DNA of 64,000 nucleotides from Elusimicrobia bacterium GWC2_64_44 (GTDB lineage Bacteria; Elusimicrobiota; Elusimicrobia; Elusimicrobiales; UBA9959): NCBI GenBank assembly GCA_001799845.1, contig MGUG01000013.1, positions 22,597 to 86,596 of the forward strand, read 5' to 3'. Shown piece by piece: positions 61,999 to 64,000 of this stretch (position 1 is its first letter; each line of letters starts with the position of its first letter). The notes under the pieces were generated by a model. It saw only the letters and a program-made list of their open reading frames with translations, ran no database searches and was not told where the DNA came from. The position numbers and the translations under genes were made by a program.

Positions 61999-62484
61999 CT
62001 ATTTAAGATTCTTAATGTAATAGCCGATGGCCCGCTCGTATCCGCCTGTGAAGGGCGGCGGCAGGCCGCCGCAAACACGGAACAGCTCGCGCGCGGAACC
62101 CTTGAAATCCCCGGCCGAATATAACGCCAGCGCCAGGAAGATGCGCAGCTCCGGGTTGGCCGGAAAGCGCTTCACCCCCTCGCGCAGCACCGACGCCGCT
62201 TTCGCCAGCTTCTTATTGTTGCGCAGCGTGCTGCCGTAGCCCACAAAGAAACCGGGGCGCTCCTTACCGGGCAGTTCACGCCAGGCCTTGTAAACTTTCT
62301 CATAGCAGGGCTCGGCCGCGCGCTCGCGCCCAAGGAAATCGTTGCAGCAGGCCAGCCTGTACCAGGCGCGTGTATCCCCGGCGTTGCCTGCAAGGTATTC
62401 TTCCAGCAGCGGTATCAGCACCTTCTTCGCCTCCGCCGTCCGCGCCGCCCCCAGCTGCCGTATCTTCTTCCTGATATCATTCAT
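61999..62484 (-). CDS. TPR-repeat protein
   Basis: Helical repeats with W/Y-L-A-x-C/A-Y pattern. ATG 62484 is 6 nt after TGGTAGAAT (62491-62496). Confidence 0.5.
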   Translation of the reverse strand: MNDIRKKIRQLGAARTAEAKKVLIPLLEEYLAGNAGDTRAWYRLACCNDFLGRERAAEPCYEKVYKAWRELPGKERPGFFVGYGSTLRNNKKLAKAASVLREGVKRFPANPELRIFLALALYSAGDFKGSARELFRVCGGLPPPFTGGYERAIGYYIKNLK

Positions 62485-62490
62485 ATCCAG

Positions 62491-62571
62491 ATTCTACCAA
62501 AACAGAACCGCCGGGCTTCCCCGGCGGCTTAAGAGCGAACGTCAGTTAGTCATCTAGTGATCAGCGTCCCC
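62491..62571 (-). promoter_or_regulatory. full module: type-A stop block + hairpin + TTCTGTTTTGGTAGAAT
   Basis: Stem-loop 62508-62527 (loop CTTC). Block GGGGACGCTGATCACTAGATGACTAAC. 6 nt to ATG 62484. Confidence 0.65.
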
Positions 62572-62572
62572 A

Positions 62573-63025
62573 TTATTCCTTCGACGGTTTGTCACCAGCC
62601 CCCGCGCCGAAGAGTTTCTGGAAGGCGGCCATTTCCATGGGGTGCATCTCCATGTCGCCCCGGCCGCGTATAGTGAAGTTTATCCTGTAGTTTTTCTTTA
62701 GCGAGAGCATGGCGTACTGGGCCTCGTTGGGGTTGAGCGCAAGCACCACCCCGTGCAGATCGCCCTTGTCTACGGTATCGAGCACCAGCACGTTCTGCAG
62801 TATGGTGGCGGTGAGCGTCTGCGTCCCGTCCTTCATGACGGCGTCGAAGGTGACCGTCATGTCCAGGCGGTCGCCGGGCTTAATGTAATGCAGCTCCACC
62901 CGCTCCGTGGGCACCACCGTGGCCCTGTAGCCTGGCGGCACGTTCAGCTTTGCCGCGCCTGCGAAGGCCGCCCCCGCGCACACAGTCATTACCGCCGCGA
63001 ATACCGCTATCCTGGTAGTTTTCAT
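62573..63025 (-). CDS. secreted RcpC/CpaB C-terminal-domain-like protein
   Basis: Signal peptide. IKPGDRLDM...ILQNVLVLD...VVLALNPNEAQ...L pattern of the CpaB beta-clip domain. GGGAGG SD. Confidence 0.5.
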   Translation of the reverse strand: MKTTRIAVFAAVMTVCAGAAFAGAAKLNVPPGYRATVVPTERVELHYIKPGDRLDMTVTFDAVMKDGTQTLTATILQNVLVLDTVDKGDLHGVVLALNPNEAQYAMLSLKKNYRINFTIRGRGDMEMHPMEMAAFQKLFGAGAGDKPSKE

Positions 63026-63120
63026 ATATCCTCCCGGGAATCCTATTTTAGAGCTGTCCGCAGAAACACGGCCTTACGTTCACTCTCACTTATGATTACG
63101 CCCGCGGAGGAAAAGTATTA

Positions 63121-63176
63121 CAAACGAAACCGCCGGGTTCCCCCGGCGGCTTAAACACGAACATCAATTGGGATCA
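63121..63176 (-). terminator. module: block variant + hairpin + TTTCGTTTGTAATACT
   Basis: Stem-loop 63130-63149 (loop TTCC). Block GGGAGAACGTTGATCCCAATTG contains the racemase stop codon. Confidence 0.6.
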
Positions 63177-63884
63177 ACGTTCTCCCGCGGCGCGCAGGGC
63201 GGCGCGGGCCAGCAGGCGGGTAGAATCCAGCAGCGGCAGGGAGGTATCCCCGGGGCGCAGCAGCAGCGGGATCTCCGTGCAGCACATCCCGGCGCAGTCG
63301 CAGCCTTCGCCGTGCACACGCTCTATCACTTCCAGGAAATATTCGCGCGCCTCAGGCGTAACGCGCCCCTCCGTAAGCTCGCCGAATATGAAGGCGTTGA
63401 TTCGCTCCCGCTCGGCCTGCGCCGGTATGCGGCACTCAAGGCCGGCCGCCGCGAGCCTGGCCGGGTACACCGGCCCCTCCATAAGGTAGCGCGTGCCTAG
63501 CAGCGCCATGCGCCGGCAGCCCAGTTTGCGCGCCTCGGCGGCCACCTCGTCGGCTATATGCAGCCAGGGCAACGGCGAGCGCCCGGCAAAATGGTCCATG
63601 GCCTGGTGTATGGTGTTGTCCGGCGTGATCAGGAAATCCGCGCCCGCGCCGGCCAGCACCCGCGCCGAGCCCAGCATCAGCTCCGCCACGCCGGCCCAGT
63701 CGCCCTTGTTTATATGGCGCATGTACTCCGCCAGCGGGTAGGTGTGCATGGTGACTTCCGGGTGAAAGGACTTCTCCCCGGTAAGAGCCGCGCCCTCGGT
63801 GCAGATGGTCTGGTAGCACAAAGCCGCCCCCGGCGCGCTGCAGCCCACTATGCCTATATGTTTGAACCCGTTTCGTTCGGCCAT
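63174..63884 (-). CDS. aspartate/glutamate racemase family protein
   Basis: IGIVGCSAPGAALCY and CCTEIPLL catalytic-Cys contexts. ATG 63884 is 6 nt after TGGTAGAAT (63891-63896). Confidence 0.8.
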   Translation of the reverse strand: MAERNGFKHIGIVGCSAPGAALCYQTICTEGAALTGEKSFHPEVTMHTYPLAEYMRHINKGDWAGVAELMLGSARVLAGAGADFLITPDNTIHQAMDHFAGRSPLPWLHIADEVAAEARKLGCRRMALLGTRYLMEGPVYPARLAAAGLECRIPAQAERERINAFIFGELTEGRVTPEAREYFLEVIERVHGEGCDCAGMCCTEIPLLLRPGDTSLPLLDSTRLLARAALRAAGER

Positions 63885-63890
63885 AACGCA

Positions 63891-63926
63891 ATTCTACCAA
63901 ACAAAACCGCCGGGATTGCCCGGCGG
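63891..63926 (-). promoter_or_regulatory. punctuation module: hairpin + TTTTGTTTGGTAGAAT
   Basis: Stem-loop 63907-63926 (loop ATTG). 6 nt to ATG 63884. Confidence 0.65.
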
Positions 63927-63951
63927 TCGTAACGACGCGCGCCGTTAAGGG

Positions 63952-64000
63952 TCAGGAGCGGCCCCCGCCCTTTACCGCGCGCAGCTCTATGTAGCCTCTT
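63952..64000 (-). CDS. partial CDS, C-terminus of a GyrI-like paralog
   Basis: ..RGYIELRAVKGGGRS* matches ..RGYIELRAVKGRGR* of 52779-53279 at DNA level. Runs off the window. Confidence 0.55.
   Translation of the reverse strand, partial: RGYIELRAVKGGGRS

Noticed and set aside
28504-63926. Regularly recurring near-identical ~20-nt repeats considered as a possible CRISPR array.
   Set aside because: The spacing is gene-sized and irregular (0.3-4 kb) and the 'spacers' are ordinary genes. The repeats are self-complementary GC hairpins with T-tracts. No cas genes or leader are present.
45823-64000. Module considered as an integron attC site, with the array as a classical integron.
   Set aside because: There is no intI in the window and there are no paired RYYYAAC/GTTRRRY core sites. 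CTAAC occurs on one side, but no complementary GTTAG follows the hairpin. The stem is a short perfect 8-bp GC helix rather than a long imperfect attC stem with extrahelical bases. The cassette-like idea is kept only as a hypothesis.
1-64000. Search for known defence or diversity systems (restriction-modification, retron or DGR reverse transcriptase, Cas, Abi, large ATPase-nuclease pairs) and for prophage structural genes.
   Set aside because: No reverse transcriptase, nuclease-helicase, capsid, terminase or integrase signatures were found in any frame. The several methyltransferases are small-molecule or class I types without partner endonucleases.

Overview
High-GC bacterial chromosomal segment (GC judged by eye, not computed). 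I recognise no rRNA, tRNA, CRISPR array or cas genes. I call about 80 protein-coding genes, roughly nine tenths of them on the minus strand. They include housekeeping genes (rsgA, ndk, plsY, an RluA-type pseudouridine synthase, a DTW tRNA-modification enzyme, an MsrA-MsrB fusion, trehalase, a MATE pump) and signalling genes (a PAS-GAF hybrid histidine kinase and three receiver proteins). From about 45.8 kb onward there is a run of small accessory genes: GNATs, SAM methyltransferases, GyrI-like, DUF1801, YdeI, RibD_C, a racemase, a Vip2/C3-like ADP-ribosyltransferase and an XRE-DUF2178 pair. That stretch also holds one IS3-family element and several gene remnants. Many long ORFs in the six-frame track are antisense or off-frame artefacts of high GC, and many track starts are over-extended, so I trimmed them. 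The main unexplained signal is not a gene. One near-identical GC hairpin (CCGCCGGG-N3-4-CCCGGCGG) sits in almost every intergenic gap (33 intact and about 7 degenerate copies). In gene direction its TTTTGTTTTG tail usually runs straight into an extended -10 box (TGnTAGAAT or TAAAAT). That box lies 6-8 nt before the start codon of 15-16 genes, which predicts leaderless mRNAs. In the right half the hairpin is preceded by a conserved block (AGGGGACGC plus two tandem 7-8-mers) that is rich in stop codons in several frames, and several unrelated ORFs actually terminate inside it. Together these parts form a roughly 75-nt stop/terminator/promoter punctuation module that I cannot assign to any described repeat class. 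It is not attC-like, no integrase or RAYT is in the window, and its function is inference. Other observations: an IS3 element inserted in one module's hairpin loop, a FecR-like gene broken by a 180-bp internal inversion, a gene-3'-end scar, G13 and G10 tracts abutting start codons, and a secreted protein with a period-4 tyrosine repeat.
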